This document shows positions 31,224-41,179 of a stretch of 64,000 nucleotides of DNA, piece after piece. How positions within the stretch are numbered: the stretch's first letter is position 1; every line of letters starts with the position of its first letter. The notes below the pieces were generated by a model. It searched no databases. It worked only from the letters and a program-made list of their open reading frames with translations, and had not been told where the DNA came from. The translations under genes were made by a program, and so were the position numbers. Origin of the DNA: an uncultured Gammaproteobacteria bacterium (lineage in GTDB: Bacteria; Patescibacteriota; Microgenomatia; UBA8517); assembly GCA_965231135.1 (NCBI GenBank), contig OZ246419.1, positions 641,488 through 705,487 of the forward strand, written 5' to 3'.

Positions 31224-31466
31224 TTACACAGAAGCCTTGAAAGGAAGAAGAGCTAAATGCCTTGCGCGCTTAACTGCCTGAGCAACCTGTTTTTGATGCT
31301 TGCTACAAGTTCCTGTGTATTCTCGGCTTGCAATCTTTCCACGCTCGGTTACAAATCTTTTAAGCTCGTCGGTTTCCAAATAATTAGGTGTTTTTTTGTT
31401 TTCGCAAAAGTAACACTTTAAATTTGTTGGAACTTTTCTTCTTGGTTTAGATTTTTGTTTTGGCAT
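31224..31466 (-). CDS. rpsR: Ribosomal protein S18
   Basis: 80 aa; in the rpsF-ssb-rpsR arrangement. Confidence 0.88.
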   Translation of the reverse strand: MPKQKSKPRRKVPTNLKCYFCENKKTPNYLETDELKRFVTERGKIASREYTGTCSKHQKQVAQAVKRARHLALLPFKASV

Positions 31467-31471
31467 ATTTT

Positions 31472-31951
31472 TTAAAATGGTATATCGTCTTCATTTACTT
31501 CTGGCTCTTCTTCAACTTTTGGTTCTTCCTTTTTAACTTCCTTTTTTGGTTCTGCTTTTTCTTGTGGCTCCTGATTAAAATCATCTGGAATATTCACATC
31601 AGAAGTTGTATTTGAACTTTTATTATCAAGGACAATCATATCAGAAATAACAATTTCTGTTGTTTGTTTTTGTGCTCCGTCCTGAGCCTGCCAAGAACGA
31701 GTTTGCAATCTTCCTTCAACATAACATCTTGTCCCCTTTTTAAGCATCTTGCCGCAGATTTCTGCTAATTTATCCCAGGCGACAACTCGATGAAATTCTG
31801 CCTGATCTTTCATTTCCCCACTCTCAGTTTTCCACTGACGATTGGTTGCAATAGAAAAAGTAACTACTGCAGTTCCCTGCGGTGTGTATCTTAATTCTGG
31901 ATCTCGAGTTAAATTTCCGATAAGTAAAACTTTATTTAAACTTCTTGCCAT
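31472..31951 (-). CDS. ssb: Single-stranded DNA-binding protein
   Basis: OB fold plus an acidic tail ending DDIPF. Confidence 0.9.
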   Translation of the reverse strand: MARSLNKVLLIGNLTRDPELRYTPQGTAVVTFSIATNRQWKTESGEMKDQAEFHRVVAWDKLAEICGKMLKKGTRCYVEGRLQTRSWQAQDGAQKQTTEIVISDMIVLDNKSSNTTSDVNIPDDFNQEPQEKAEPKKEVKKEEPKVEEEPEVNEDDIPF

Positions 31952-31953
31952 AT

Positions 31954-32241
31954 TTATTTTTCTGTATTAATTAAAAGATATCTGATAACTTCAGTGTCGA
32001 CTCTCATTTTACTGTTTATTTCTTTTGCGCTTTCTGATTCAAGTTCCAAAGGAAACATTAAATATGCTCCAGTTTCGCTTTTACCAATTTTGTATGCAAG
32101 ATCTTTTGTTCCAAGATCTTTGACTTTATCTGTCTTTCCCTTAGCTTCTTTAATTAATTTCTCTATTCTTTCTTGGACTGATTTTTTCTTTGCAGCTGTT
32201 GCTTTGCCATCCAAGACAATAGTTAATTCATATTTACGCAT
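31954..32241 (-). CDS. rpsF: Ribosomal protein S6
   Basis: 95 aa, MRKYELTIVLD... in an S6 context. Confidence 0.85.
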   Translation of the reverse strand: MRKYELTIVLDGKATAAKKKSVQERIEKLIKEAKGKTDKVKDLGTKDLAYKIGKSETGAYLMFPLELESESAKEINSKMRVDTEVIRYLLINTEK

Positions 32242-32264
32242 GGATGTAGTATATCAAATGTGTA

Positions 32265-32552
32265 TTGAAATTTCTAGACCGTAAGACTACCATTGGTTTT
32301 GTGGGATTGGAATGTAAAGAGCACTGCTTTTTTGGAAACCGCTGCGGGAAAAACCTTGAACGCGGTACCCAGATTTGTGTGGAAAATATTAATAAAGGGG
32401 TAGAAGATATTAAAAAGCAGGCTAAAACTGGAAAAGTAATCGTTATTCCGGGAATTGCAGATCAAAGAGTACTTGTAGTCGCTGAAGAAACACGTCATGA
32501 AATAATTGGGCAAATTGTTGGCGGCGAGGAAATTATTATGCGCCAATCTTAA
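32265..32552 (+). CDS. Hypothetical small Cys-containing protein (four Cys in the first 40 aa); coding status uncertain
   Basis: 95-aa ORF in the locally GC-richer gap between rpsF and ychF; no clear family. Confidence 0.25.
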   Translation: MKFLDRKTTIGFVGLECKEHCFFGNRCGKNLERGTQICVENINKGVEDIKKQAKTGKVIVIPGIADQRVLVVAEETRHEIIGQIVGGEEIIMRQS

Positions 32553-33531
32553 ATTCCACAACATCTCCATCTTGCATAATATAATCTCTTCCTTCGCTTC
32601 TGACTTTTCCGTTTTCTCTTGAATTTTTCCATCCTCCAAGCTCGACAAAATCCTTAAAATCACAAACGTCTGCTTTGATAAACTTTTTGATGAAGTCTGT
32701 GTGGATTGCTCCAGCCGCGTTTTGAGCATCAATTCCCTTATTAATAGTCCAGGCGTGGACTTCCTTTTCTCCAGCTGTCAAAAATGTAATCAAACCCAGA
32801 GTCTCAAAAGCTTTTTTGGCAAGCCTTTCTAGTCCTGATTCTTTTACTCCCAAATCTTCTAAATAATTTTTCTGGTCAGATTCACTTAAGTCTGAAAGTT
32901 CTGATTCAATTTTAGCTGAAATTACAACAATTTGTTCTACTTTTAACCCTAATTCTTCTGCATATTTTACTTCCAATCCTTGAGCTTCATGAAGAGCATT
33001 TTCGTCGACATTAATTACAACTAAAAATGGTTTTTTATTAAATAAGGGCAAATTTTCAACGTCCTGATTTTTTTTCTTAGAATGATTTTCTACAGTTTCA
33101 AGATCAGCCAAGTCTAATTCTGTTTTTAAAATTTCAAAGTCGTCTTTTGGATTGGTACTTCCCTCTCGAATAATATCGTTATCAGTAAAAGCACGAAGGC
33201 AAAAACAAATTGCATCGACTTCGCGAATGTTTGCCAAAAATTTATTTCCTAACCCTGCTCCAGTACTTGCGCCTTTAACAATTCCTGCAATGTCTACAAA
33301 CTCAACTGTAGCGTTCACTATTGGAGGGGTTGCTCCTTTTGTTTCTAAAGCTGTAACTTCTGCAAGCTTAGTTAATCTTTCGTCAGGCACGGGTACGACC
33401 CCTATGTTTGGTTCGATCGTCGCAAAAGGAAAGTTTGCAGCATAAGCAACCTGCCTTTTCATCAATGCGTTAAAGAGTGTAGACTTCCCTACATTTGGCA
33501 GACCAACTATTCCTACCTTTAAGGATGACAT
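32536..33531 (-). CDS. ychF: Ribosome-binding ATPase YchF (Obg-family GTPase)
   Basis: G1 GLPNVGKSTLFNAL, and a C-terminal TGS-like region. Confidence 0.9.
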   Translation of the reverse strand: MSSLKVGIVGLPNVGKSTLFNALMKRQVAYAANFPFATIEPNIGVVPVPDERLTKLAEVTALETKGATPPIVNATVEFVDIAGIVKGASTGAGLGNKFLANIREVDAICFCLRAFTDNDIIREGSTNPKDDFEILKTELDLADLETVENHSKKKNQDVENLPLFNKKPFLVVINVDENALHEAQGLEVKYAEELGLKVEQIVVISAKIESELSDLSESDQKNYLEDLGVKESGLERLAKKAFETLGLITFLTAGEKEVHAWTINKGIDAQNAAGAIHTDFIKKFIKADVCDFKDFVELGGWKNSRENGKVRSEGRDYIMQDGDVVEFKIGA

Positions 33532-33555
33532 TGCTGTATTTTAACAGATTTAAAT

Positions 33556-34740
33556 TTACTGAGAAGTTGGGATACGACTTGCAAAATCTTCTATCGTACT
33601 TGCAGGTATTATTACACCAAGATTTTGAAAGTTACCTGACACAACTGCTGACGGTATTCCAATCCAACATCCATCTTGACTTGTTGCAAAACCCCCTGAG
33701 TTTCCACTATCAACCTTTGCGGAAGTAAGTATATAACCGTCATTCGAGAAGCTACTTATAATACCCTCTGTTATTGTAAGATTATATCCTCCGCTCGTGA
33801 CCGGGTAACCGTAAATCCTAATTGAATCACCTAGATGTGGCGTATAAGTTTTACATGTGTCTGGACTTTTATATGTTGCAAAATTTAGAGGATCCATTCC
33901 CCATGTCTTTCCAGATGAGTCTGTATAAGGTTTATTTATCTGAACTGTTGCAATATCGTACAACTTACTTAAACCCGGAACACTTTGAGGGGTACCTACA
34001 TAAATTTCTTTTGGGGAGCCTGTTGTACTATCTGGTAAAGTAACTATACATGATGTTGCTTGATCTATAACGTGATTATTGGTCAATACCAACCCATCAC
34101 TTGTTAGTATAGTTCCCGAACCAGCACTTTGATTATTACAAAGTATATCTACTACAACATACGAAACATTGCTTTCAAGTGTTGGTGTTGGACTCGGAGA
34201 ATTTATGGTTACAGCATTATTTGGAATACTGGTTGTTGGTGTAGTTGTAGAATTTGATGAATCACCAAATCCAAAAATAAATAATCCCAAGAAACCTGAT
34301 AAAACAATCCAGTTCCAAGCACCAAATTTTGACCTGACCAATTGATTACCTAATTTTTTCTTCCAATAGAAATTAATGGATCTTTGAGCTTGTATGAGAC
34401 TGAGCGAGCTGAGGGGCCAAACTCTACAAAGGAAGAAATATATTAGAGCCCAAGCTCCTGCTTCAAGTCCTTTATTTCCATCAATTTCTTTAGATGCATT
34501 CGAAATCGTTTTGAATAGTGAGTATGAAAATATGGGAGAGAATATTGATCGCCAAAACGGAGAAATTTTGAGGTTTTTATCTGATTTAAAAGATTTCCAT
34601 TGCTTATAAAACCAATATATATCATATATACCAAAGGTACAGATGGACATGATTACAAGCTTTTTGATCGATATAACGTAAGGGTAAGGGCGAGTGTTTA
34701 AATCTATTGAGTGCACATGTTGAGTATGTAGCTCTTCCAT
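33556..34740 (-). CDS. Trypsin-like serine protease fused to an N-terminal DUF4234-like multi-TM domain
   Basis: N-terminus FGIYDIYWFYKQWK resembles DUF4234. C-terminus has the catalytic His (VLTNNHV) and Ser (DSGNSGG). Confidence 0.65.
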   Translation of the reverse strand: MEELHTQHVHSIDLNTRPYPYVISIKKLVIMSICTFGIYDIYWFYKQWKSFKSDKNLKISPFWRSIFSPIFSYSLFKTISNASKEIDGNKGLEAGAWALIYFFLCRVWPLSSLSLIQAQRSINFYWKKKLGNQLVRSKFGAWNWIVLSGFLGLFIFGFGDSSNSTTTPTTSIPNNAVTINSPSPTPTLESNVSYVVVDILCNNQSAGSGTILTSDGLVLTNNHVIDQATSCIVTLPDSTTGSPKEIYVGTPQSVPGLSKLYDIATVQINKPYTDSSGKTWGMDPLNFATYKSPDTCKTYTPHLGDSIRIYGYPVTSGGYNLTITEGIISSFSNDGYILTSAKVDSGNSGGFATSQDGCWIGIPSAVVSGNFQNLGVIIPASTIEDFASRIPTSQ

Positions 34741-34948
34741 TTATAATTAATATATATCTTCCCAATAGTTTGAGCAAATACTAAATTTGAGTCAAGCTGT
34801 AATAAGTAATTACAGTACCAAGAACTTCAACATACCATTTCTTTAATTCTTCTGGATTTTTGGAGCGAAATAAAAAACCGCCAATGCCATCGACGTAAGA
34901 CGTGAGTTATTTTAGCACTTTCGGATGGTTTTAATTTAAATGATATAA

Positions 34949-35284
34949 TTGCTCATGGGGATGAAATTAAGATTCTTGGTTGTTTTTGCCTCGTTTGTGG
35001 TCTTTTCTCTACTTCTTTTTTTCGTTGTGTCTCTTGCAACCGGTCAAAACTCTTCTAGCTCTACATTAATTGCAATCAGCCCTTATTTAAATAATTTGAT
35101 GGATAGTTTTGTTTCCGTGATGCTCGTATCGTTTGTTATCGGGTTTATTTTTGTGATTTTGGGTAAACGGGACATAATTAGTAAGACATTTTATTATTTA
35201 GGATTAATTTTTCCTGCGGTATTATTTATTTTATTATTTTTATTTCATCGTTTTTGTCTTCAGGAAATATTGATCCTAAACTAG
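34949..35284 (+). CDS. Small integral membrane protein
   Basis: 111 aa with 3 hydrophobic helices. Confidence 0.35.
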   Translation: MLMGMKLRFLVVFASFVVFSLLLFFVVSLATGQNSSSSTLIAISPYLNNLMDSFVSVMLVSFVIGFIFVILGKRDIISKTFYYLGLIFPAVLFILLFLFHRFCLQEILILN

Positions 35285-36066
35285 TGGTTGATTTTGGTAT
35301 ACTGCTACTGATTTCTGTACCTTTTATCTTACTTTTAAGAACTTTTGTAGCTCAAACTAAGAGAACTTTTCTTTATCGAATGATTATTGTATTTTTTTAT
35401 TTGGCTGTTGCGATCTGTATTTCACTTTTTATTTTTGTGAAAATTGGTCCACCGTGGATTGGTAGATATATCCAAGAAGATGATGCAAAAACTAGCGAGA
35501 TAGAAAGTTTGGAAGATAGTATCCAGGGATATTATTATAAATTTAAAAAACTTCCATATGATTTAACTGCGCTATCTGACGCGAATTACTTTAATAATTT
35601 GGAAGGTTATCAATATAGTATTACAGGCGTTAATACATACAAAATATGTGCTACTTTTAAAACAAATATTACAGAAGGTATAACCTCAAGCGTTCTTGTG
35701 CACAAAGTAGGTTTTGATTGCTTTAATTTAGTTGCACAAAAGTTTACTACTCAATCCCCAGAAAGTTTGATACCAAACGAGCTGCTTACATGCAAAACTT
35801 TAAATACAGAGATGGTTATTGATCCTAAGGGTTTTGGATATATTGGCTGCGATATGGAAGTCACAGGTGGTGTTATTAATCTTTCTAAAAGCTATTGCGA
35901 AAGCCAAATAACACACCAAAAAGAATATTTAGTTCCGGATACATATGGAAGACGCAACAGATATTGGGCAACGCTTACAGGTTTAGATCCGAAAGAAATT
36001 GTAAAAGTTTATGGAGTTGATTATTCAGGAAACAAAGTTGAGTGTCTGCCCGATTTGAATTTGTAA
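35254..36066 (+). CDS. Membrane-anchored hypothetical protein
   Basis: 270 aa; two N-terminal TM helices. Confidence 0.4.
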   Translation: MSSGNIDPKLVVDFGILLLISVPFILLLRTFVAQTKRTFLYRMIIVFFYLAVAICISLFIFVKIGPPWIGRYIQEDDAKTSEIESLEDSIQGYYYKFKKLPYDLTALSDANYFNNLEGYQYSITGVNTYKICATFKTNITEGITSSVLVHKVGFDCFNLVAQKFTTQSPESLIPNELLTCKTLNTEMVIDPKGFGYIGCDMEVTGGVINLSKSYCESQITHQKEYLVPDTYGRRNRYWATLTGLDPKEIVKVYGVDYSGNKVECLPDLNL

Positions 36067-36073
36067 TAATACT

Positions 36074-36556
36074 CTAATTTCTTAATATCACAAAATAATC
36101 AACTTTTTCTCCATTTAAGTACCTGATAACTTTGTCTACATTTTTTTCTAACACTTCTTCGCTTTTTATATTATTTAAATATCTATTAATTTCTTTTTGC
36201 CTTGAAGGAATTAATTTTTCAAATTCTTCTTTTGCTTTTTTATTTTTATCAAAAGCTAATTTTAATTTGGGATTTATGGGAACAGTTCTTGCCACATTAT
36301 CAAACTCAATTGAGAAATCGGCAGTGTCCCCTACTTTTACTCCTGTTGCCTTTATTATCGGAGTATTTATGTACAGTCTCCAGGCATTTTGATATCTAAC
36401 AAGGGTTTGAATAAATTTATGGCTGTTTATTTTGCCTTTGATTTGAATTGGGCCTTTTGATTTGCCTGAATCTTTAAAGATTTCTTCTAAAGCTTTTTGC
36501 GGCGGGATTACATATAGATTTACACTAATGATTTCTATTTTTGCTTGAAATTTCAT
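36074..36556 (-). CDS. DUF1905/YdeI-like protein
   Basis: MKFQAKIE... N-terminus and a size typical of the DUF1905/YdeI family; weak. Confidence 0.4.
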   Translation of the reverse strand: MKFQAKIEIISVNLYVIPPQKALEEIFKDSGKSKGPIQIKGKINSHKFIQTLVRYQNAWRLYINTPIIKATGVKVGDTADFSIEFDNVARTVPINPKLKLAFDKNKKAKEEFEKLIPSRQKEINRYLNNIKSEEVLEKNVDKVIRYLNGEKVDYFVILRN

Positions 36557-36699
36557 TTATTTTTCTTTGAAGAATCCAGGGCAAGACCGATTGCAATTCC
36601 TATAGTAATCCCTGCGCCGATATTTTTTAAAGCTGCGCCGAGGGCTAAACCAATAGCAAGGCCGAGAGCAATATATGTTAATCTGCCATTTTTCTTCAT
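36553..36699 (-). CDS. Unlisted 48-aa glycine-zipper membrane peptide (MKKNGRLTYIALGLAIGLALGAALKNIGAGITIGIAIGLALDSSKKNK)
   Basis: Hand-translated from the minus strand. Stop TGA overlaps the ATG of 36074-36556 (ATGA coupling). Below the 60-aa track cutoff. Confidence 0.4.
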   Translation of the reverse strand: MKKNGRLTYIALGLAIGLALGAALKNIGAGITIGIAIGLALDSSKKNK

Positions 36700-36714
36700 G
36701 AACCATTTTAGCAC

Positions 36715-37098
36715 TTGTTGAGATTAGTTTCTGGCTTTATATTACTTAATATGGAATTTGAAAACATTATTAAAGCATTAAAATTTGTTCAGACGCGAGC
36801 CATGCAAGAAGAAAGATTTTCTGGTATTCCTCGAGCTAATAAAAATCCAGGAATGACAAGCAAATTTTTAGCTAAGGGCCTACTAGCTTTAAGACAGGAA
36901 TTTCCAAGACCTACAATTTCTGAACTAGTACCCATAGAATACTTAGATGACGAGCGAGGATTTGCAAGATTTTTAGAAGGCAAATTATCAGAACTTGCAG
37001 ACAAAGGTAATATCAATTGTGAGGCAAAAAACGAAAAATCAGGAGATACTACAAGACATATAATTTATTATTCTCCAATTCTCCAACAAGAAGAATAA
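36715..37098 (+). CDS. Hypothetical protein
   Basis: 127-aa ORF; true start may be the internal Met (MEFENI). Confidence 0.35.
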   Translation: MLRLVSGFILLNMEFENIIKALKFVQTRAMQEERFSGIPRANKNPGMTSKFLAKGLLALRQEFPRPTISELVPIEYLDDERGFARFLEGKLSELADKGNINCEAKNEKSGDTTRHIIYYSPILQQEE

Positions 37099-37269
37099 TT
37101 ATGTCTGAGTCGGCCTACCGCTTTAGTTCTGAGCCAAGAATTTTATCTAAAGAAGAAATATTAGGAATTTCTGACTTGCACTAGAAAAATTTGCCATATT
37201 ACATAAAGGTAATTTGGAATAGTTATTTTGATTTGCTAAATATTTGACTTTGCGGATTAAAATATATGT

Positions 37270-37815
37270 ATGAAGGGTTTTAAAATTGTTTTAGTATTAA
37301 TTATTTTGTTGATTATTACTGGCGGATTTTTATTTTGGCGAGAACAAAATAATTCAATTACTGCGCCAACTGTTTTTCCATCTGCCAGCACTGTACCGAC
37401 AACTAGCGCAGTTCCAGATTGTACAACTAGCGAATTAAAAGTTGATATTCAAACTGAAGGAGCTGCAGGAAGCATTTATTCAAATATAAAAGCGACAAAT
37501 ACATCAGCGATCGCCTGCAATGTAATTTTGGGAAATTCTATTTCAGCAAAATATAGCGCAAGTAATATTTCTGTAAATTATGAAAATCAAAGCCCAGTGC
37601 AGCAAAATTTTATATTGCAGCCAAATACAAGCGCTTATTCGCAGGTCCGTGTTCCTAATGGCCCACAATGCCAAAGTACCATTTCCCAGCAAAAAGTTGA
37701 TTTTATTTATAATAATCAAACCGTTGGAAGTATAACAATTCAAGCTTGTTCTGCGGCTAATGAAAATACTGCAATAGAAATCTGGCCTCTTTCTTCGTCC
37801 CCTATTACACAGTAA
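37270..37815 (+). CDS. Secreted hypothetical protein
   Basis: N-terminal TM/signal followed by a Ser/Thr/Asn-rich probable beta domain. Confidence 0.45.
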   Translation: MKGFKIVLVLIILLIITGGFLFWREQNNSITAPTVFPSASTVPTTSAVPDCTTSELKVDIQTEGAAGSIYSNIKATNTSAIACNVILGNSISAKYSASNISVNYENQSPVQQNFILQPNTSAYSQVRVPNGPQCQSTISQQKVDFIYNNQTVGSITIQACSAANENTAIEIWPLSSSPITQ

Positions 37816-37830
37816 GTGTTATAATAAATT

Positions 37831-38088
37831 ATGTTGAATTATCCTTACTATAATTATTCCCCATTTACGGGATTTTTTACTCCATTTATTTGGATAATTT
37901 TAATTTTTGCTTTTGTTTTTATTATCGTTCGCATATTTCATCCAAATCGACATATCGAACGAATGGAAAGAATAAAAGCAAGACATGGATTTACAAGCGA
38001 CACTGCGCTTGAAATTTTAAAGAAGCGCTACGCAAAAGGAGAGATTACAAAAAAAGAATTTGATGAAATGCGGAAACATATTTCATAG
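37831..38088 (+). CDS. SHOCT-domain membrane protein
   Basis: TM helix plus C-terminal ALEILKKRYAKGEITKKEFDEMRKHI, which matches SHOCT. Confidence 0.6.
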   Translation: MLNYPYYNYSPFTGFFTPFIWIILIFAFVFIIVRIFHPNRHIERMERIKARHGFTSDTALEILKKRYAKGEITKKEFDEMRKHIS

Positions 38089-38373
38089 ATGGCAAAACAG
38101 ATTCTTTTTTTCTTTATAGTACTTTTTATTTTTACAGTAGGTTTAATTTTTTTCCACAATTCTCGTTATGAAACAAATGAATTTGATACGATCTGCCATT
38201 CACAATATACGGAAAAAGTCTGGATTGATGCATGTTTACTTCCCTACCAAAGCGAAATAAGAACTTTCGAATTATCAAGAAATATTGAAATTGCAGGAAT
38301 AGTTTTAACGGGAGCTTTTCTTGGCACAAAGTATTTGTGGAGCGGGCGAATAAATCCAATTAAATTAGAATGA
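38089..38373 (+). CDS. Small membrane protein
   Basis: 94 aa; N-terminal TM. Confidence 0.3.
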   Translation: MAKQILFFFIVLFIFTVGLIFFHNSRYETNEFDTICHSQYTEKVWIDACLLPYQSEIRTFELSRNIEIAGIVLTGAFLGTKYLWSGRINPIKLE

Positions 38374-40289
38374 TTACAGTTTCAAGATATCCAGATAATC
38401 CAATTTTGAAACCAAACCCGACAAACCCATGGGAATCAAGCGCAGTTTTTAACGGAAGCATTTGCAAAATAAATGATAATTACAACATTCTTTACAGAGC
38501 TCAAGGTAAAAAGATTTTTGTAAAAGGAGCTGAACTTTCAATCTCTGTTATCGGAAAAGCGGAAGGATCTGATGGAATAAATTTTAGTAAAAACCAGATT
38601 TTTATAAGAGGCAGCGAAGACTGGGATCAGTTTGGATGCGAAGACCCTCGCGTCACAGAAATTGACGGCGAATATTTTACTTTTTATACAGCTTTAAGCG
38701 AATTTCCTTTTAATGCAAACGGGATAAAAGCCGGGCTTGCAATTTCAGATGATTTGAAAACAGTAAAAGAAAAACATTTAGTGACGCCGTTTAATGCAAA
38801 GGCGTGTGCTTTGTTTCCTGAAAAAATAAATGATAAATATGCTGTAATACTTGCGACAAATACAGATTTACCTCCTTCGAAGATCGCTATCGCGTATTTT
38901 GACAAAAAAGAAGATATTTGGGACCACGAAAAATGGAAAGACTGGTATAAAAATATTGATGAACATACACTTCCACTTCTTTGGAGTAATATGGACCAGG
39001 TTGAAGTTGGCTCAACGCCAATTAAAACTCCATACGGTTGGCTTTTGATTTATTGTTATGTTTTGGATTATTTTTCCCCCAGGCGGCAATTTCAAATAAA
39101 AGGAGTACTTCTTGATTTGAATGATCCACAAAAAATAGTTGGAGCAGTAAAAGATGCTTTTCTCGTTCCAGAAACTGACTATGAATTAAATGGTAATGCG
39201 CCAAATACTATTTTTCCAACTTCTGTAATTATAGAAAACGGGACTTTATCTATTTATTACAGCGGAGCTGATACAACAATTTGCTTAGCGACTGTTGCAA
39301 TGGAAGAACTTTATTCCCGTATCCGAATAAATAATGTTGTCCCAATACATATGGAAAAACTTACTGGAAATCCAATACTAACTCCGGAGGGAGGGAAAGA
39401 ATGGGAGGCAAACGGTGTACTTAACCCTGCAGCAATACTTCTTGATGGCAAAACATATTTAATTTATCGAGCAGTTGATAAAAATAGTGTTTCCCGGATG
39501 GGGCTTGCCATCTCAACTGATGGAGTAAAAATTGATGAGAGGCTTCCTGACCCTATTTATTCTCCTCGCGAACCTGAGGAGAAAATGGGCTGCGAAGATC
39601 CAAGAGTTACCTTGATGGATAATAAAATTTATATGTGTTACACAGCTTACGAAGGAGACAATACTGTGCGAGTCGCGCTCACTTCAATAACTGTAGAAGA
39701 TTTTTTAAATCGGAAATGGGACGCCTGGACTAAACCAGAACTTGTGACAGCTCCAGGAATTTATGATAAAGATGCATGCCTTCTTCCTGATAAAATTTCT
39801 GACAAATATGTGTTTTTTCATCGCATAACGCCTGGAATTTCAATTGATAAAAGCGAATCTTTAACTTTTGGCGAAGGAAAGTGGCTTGCGACAAAGTCTT
39901 ATATAATTCCTCGCAAAGGAATGTGGGATGATGAAAAAATTGGAATCGGACCAACGCCAATAAAGACAACAAAAGGGTGGCTTCTTATTTATCATGGAAT
40001 TTCGACAATTGATCACTGGTACCGAGCTGGAGCAATGCTTCTTGATATAAAAAATCCACAATTAGTTGATGCACGTACAAAATATCCAATTCTTGAGCCA
40101 AGCGAGGAATGGGAAAAGGTAAACGGACGAGGAATTGTTTTTCCTTGCGGCGTGGTTGAAATTGGAGACTATTTATATGTGTATTATGGTGCTGCAGATA
40201 AAAACATTGGAGTTGCCAGAGTAAAATTCTCAGACTTACTTGATTATTTAGTTAATCAAAGTTACAGGAAGTTTTTGAAATACAAATAA
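38370..40289 (+). CDS. Tandem-duplicated GH130-like (DUF377) glycoside hydrolase/phosphorylase
   Basis: Two roughly 300-aa repeats, each with NPIL(K/T)P...W(E)...VFN/LNPAA, GCEDPRVT(E/L)...Y(T)A and GWLLIY motifs. Confidence 0.7.
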   Translation: MITVSRYPDNPILKPNPTNPWESSAVFNGSICKINDNYNILYRAQGKKIFVKGAELSISVIGKAEGSDGINFSKNQIFIRGSEDWDQFGCEDPRVTEIDGEYFTFYTALSEFPFNANGIKAGLAISDDLKTVKEKHLVTPFNAKACALFPEKINDKYAVILATNTDLPPSKIAIAYFDKKEDIWDHEKWKDWYKNIDEHTLPLLWSNMDQVEVGSTPIKTPYGWLLIYCYVLDYFSPRRQFQIKGVLLDLNDPQKIVGAVKDAFLVPETDYELNGNAPNTIFPTSVIIENGTLSIYYSGADTTICLATVAMEELYSRIRINNVVPIHMEKLTGNPILTPEGGKEWEANGVLNPAAILLDGKTYLIYRAVDKNSVSRMGLAISTDGVKIDERLPDPIYSPREPEEKMGCEDPRVTLMDNKIYMCYTAYEGDNTVRVALTSITVEDFLNRKWDAWTKPELVTAPGIYDKDACLLPDKISDKYVFFHRITPGISIDKSESLTFGEGKWLATKSYIIPRKGMWDDEKIGIGPTPIKTTKGWLLIYHGISTIDHWYRAGAMLLDIKNPQLVDARTKYPILEPSEEWEKVNGRGIVFPCGVVEIGDYLYVYYGAADKNIGVARVKFSDLLDYLVNQSYRKFLKYK

Positions 40290-40290
40290 A

Positions 40291-40530
40291 TTAGTTATTA
40301 ATAAGTTTATTAACTCTATTTTCTAGGTTTTCAAATTCTTTACGAGTTGGAGTATCATCTTCAAGATATGCGACAGATTCACCGATTTTATTGAGTCTTT
40401 GATTTACTTTTTTAAAGTTTTCATCGACTTTTTTAAATTTGTCGTTCATTTCGTTTCTTAAGTCTTTTATTTCATTTCGTAAGCTAGAAACTGTGTCAAA
40501 GATTGCCTGGAGCATTTGATTATTGGTCAT
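40291..40530 (-). CDS. Small coiled-coil protein
   Basis: 79 aa with heptad-like charged repeats. Confidence 0.3.
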   Translation of the reverse strand: MTNNQMLQAIFDTVSSLRNEIKDLRNEMNDKFKKVDENFKKVNQRLNKIGESVAYLEDDTPTRKEFENLENRVNKLINN

Positions 40531-40544
40531 GATTTATTCTAGCA

Positions 40545-41108
40545 TTAATTGCCTAGAATTTGCTCAACTTTGAGAAGTTCAACCTCAAAGACTAACGTTG
40601 CATTTCCTGGAATAGATGGAGGAGCACCATATGCTCCATAACCCAAATCTGGAGGGATAACTAATTTTCGTTTTCCTCCAACTTTCATGCCGGCAACGCC
40701 TTCATCCCAGCCTTTTATTACTTCACCTGCTCCAAGATCAAAACTAAAGGGAGTTACGTGTTGAAATTTTGGATCTGTATTTGAATCAAATACAGTACCG
40801 TCTGTTAATGTACCTGAATAATTTACCGTAACCATTTTACCGGCAACTGCGGTATCGCCTGTTCCAACCACCTCGTCTGTGATTTGCAATCCGTTTGGAG
40901 TTGCCGAACTTGTAGCACTTGGTGTTTGATTTGAATTATCGTTCATTGTTGTAATTGTAGGACTTGGTGAATTATTTACACCTTCGTCTCCACCAACTTT
41001 AACATTTCGAACAACAATTGCAAGCACTGCAATTATTGCAATTATTGCGAACACCACTTTCGCTGAAACCTTCATAAAAGAATAATAACTTATATTTTTT
41101 GTAGTCAC
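40545..41108 (-). CDS. FKBP-type peptidyl-prolyl cis-trans isomerase, membrane-anchored/secreted
   Basis: [36 protein letters not shown]...TLVFEVELL is a classic FKBP core. Confidence 0.85.
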   Translation of the reverse strand: MTTKNISYYSFMKVSAKVVFAIIAIIAVLAIVVRNVKVGGDEGVNNSPSPTITTMNDNSNQTPSATSSATPNGLQITDEVVGTGDTAVAGKMVTVNYSGTLTDGTVFDSNTDPKFQHVTPFSFDLGAGEVIKGWDEGVAGMKVGGKRKLVIPPDLGYGAYGAPPSIPGNATLVFEVELLKVEQILGN

Positions 41109-41179
41109 AAGATAATAAATTTATGTGTTATATCTGGCGATATATGGCAATATTTGGCAAGATCTGGTAGCATTAGGTA

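Noticed and set aside
32274-32732. 152-aa minus-strand ORF spanning the rpsF-ychF gap and the ychF 3' end
   Set aside because: The translation looks like non-coding junk (Phe/Asn/Ser-rich) and overlaps ychF. The plus-strand 95-aa ORF is retained only at low confidence.
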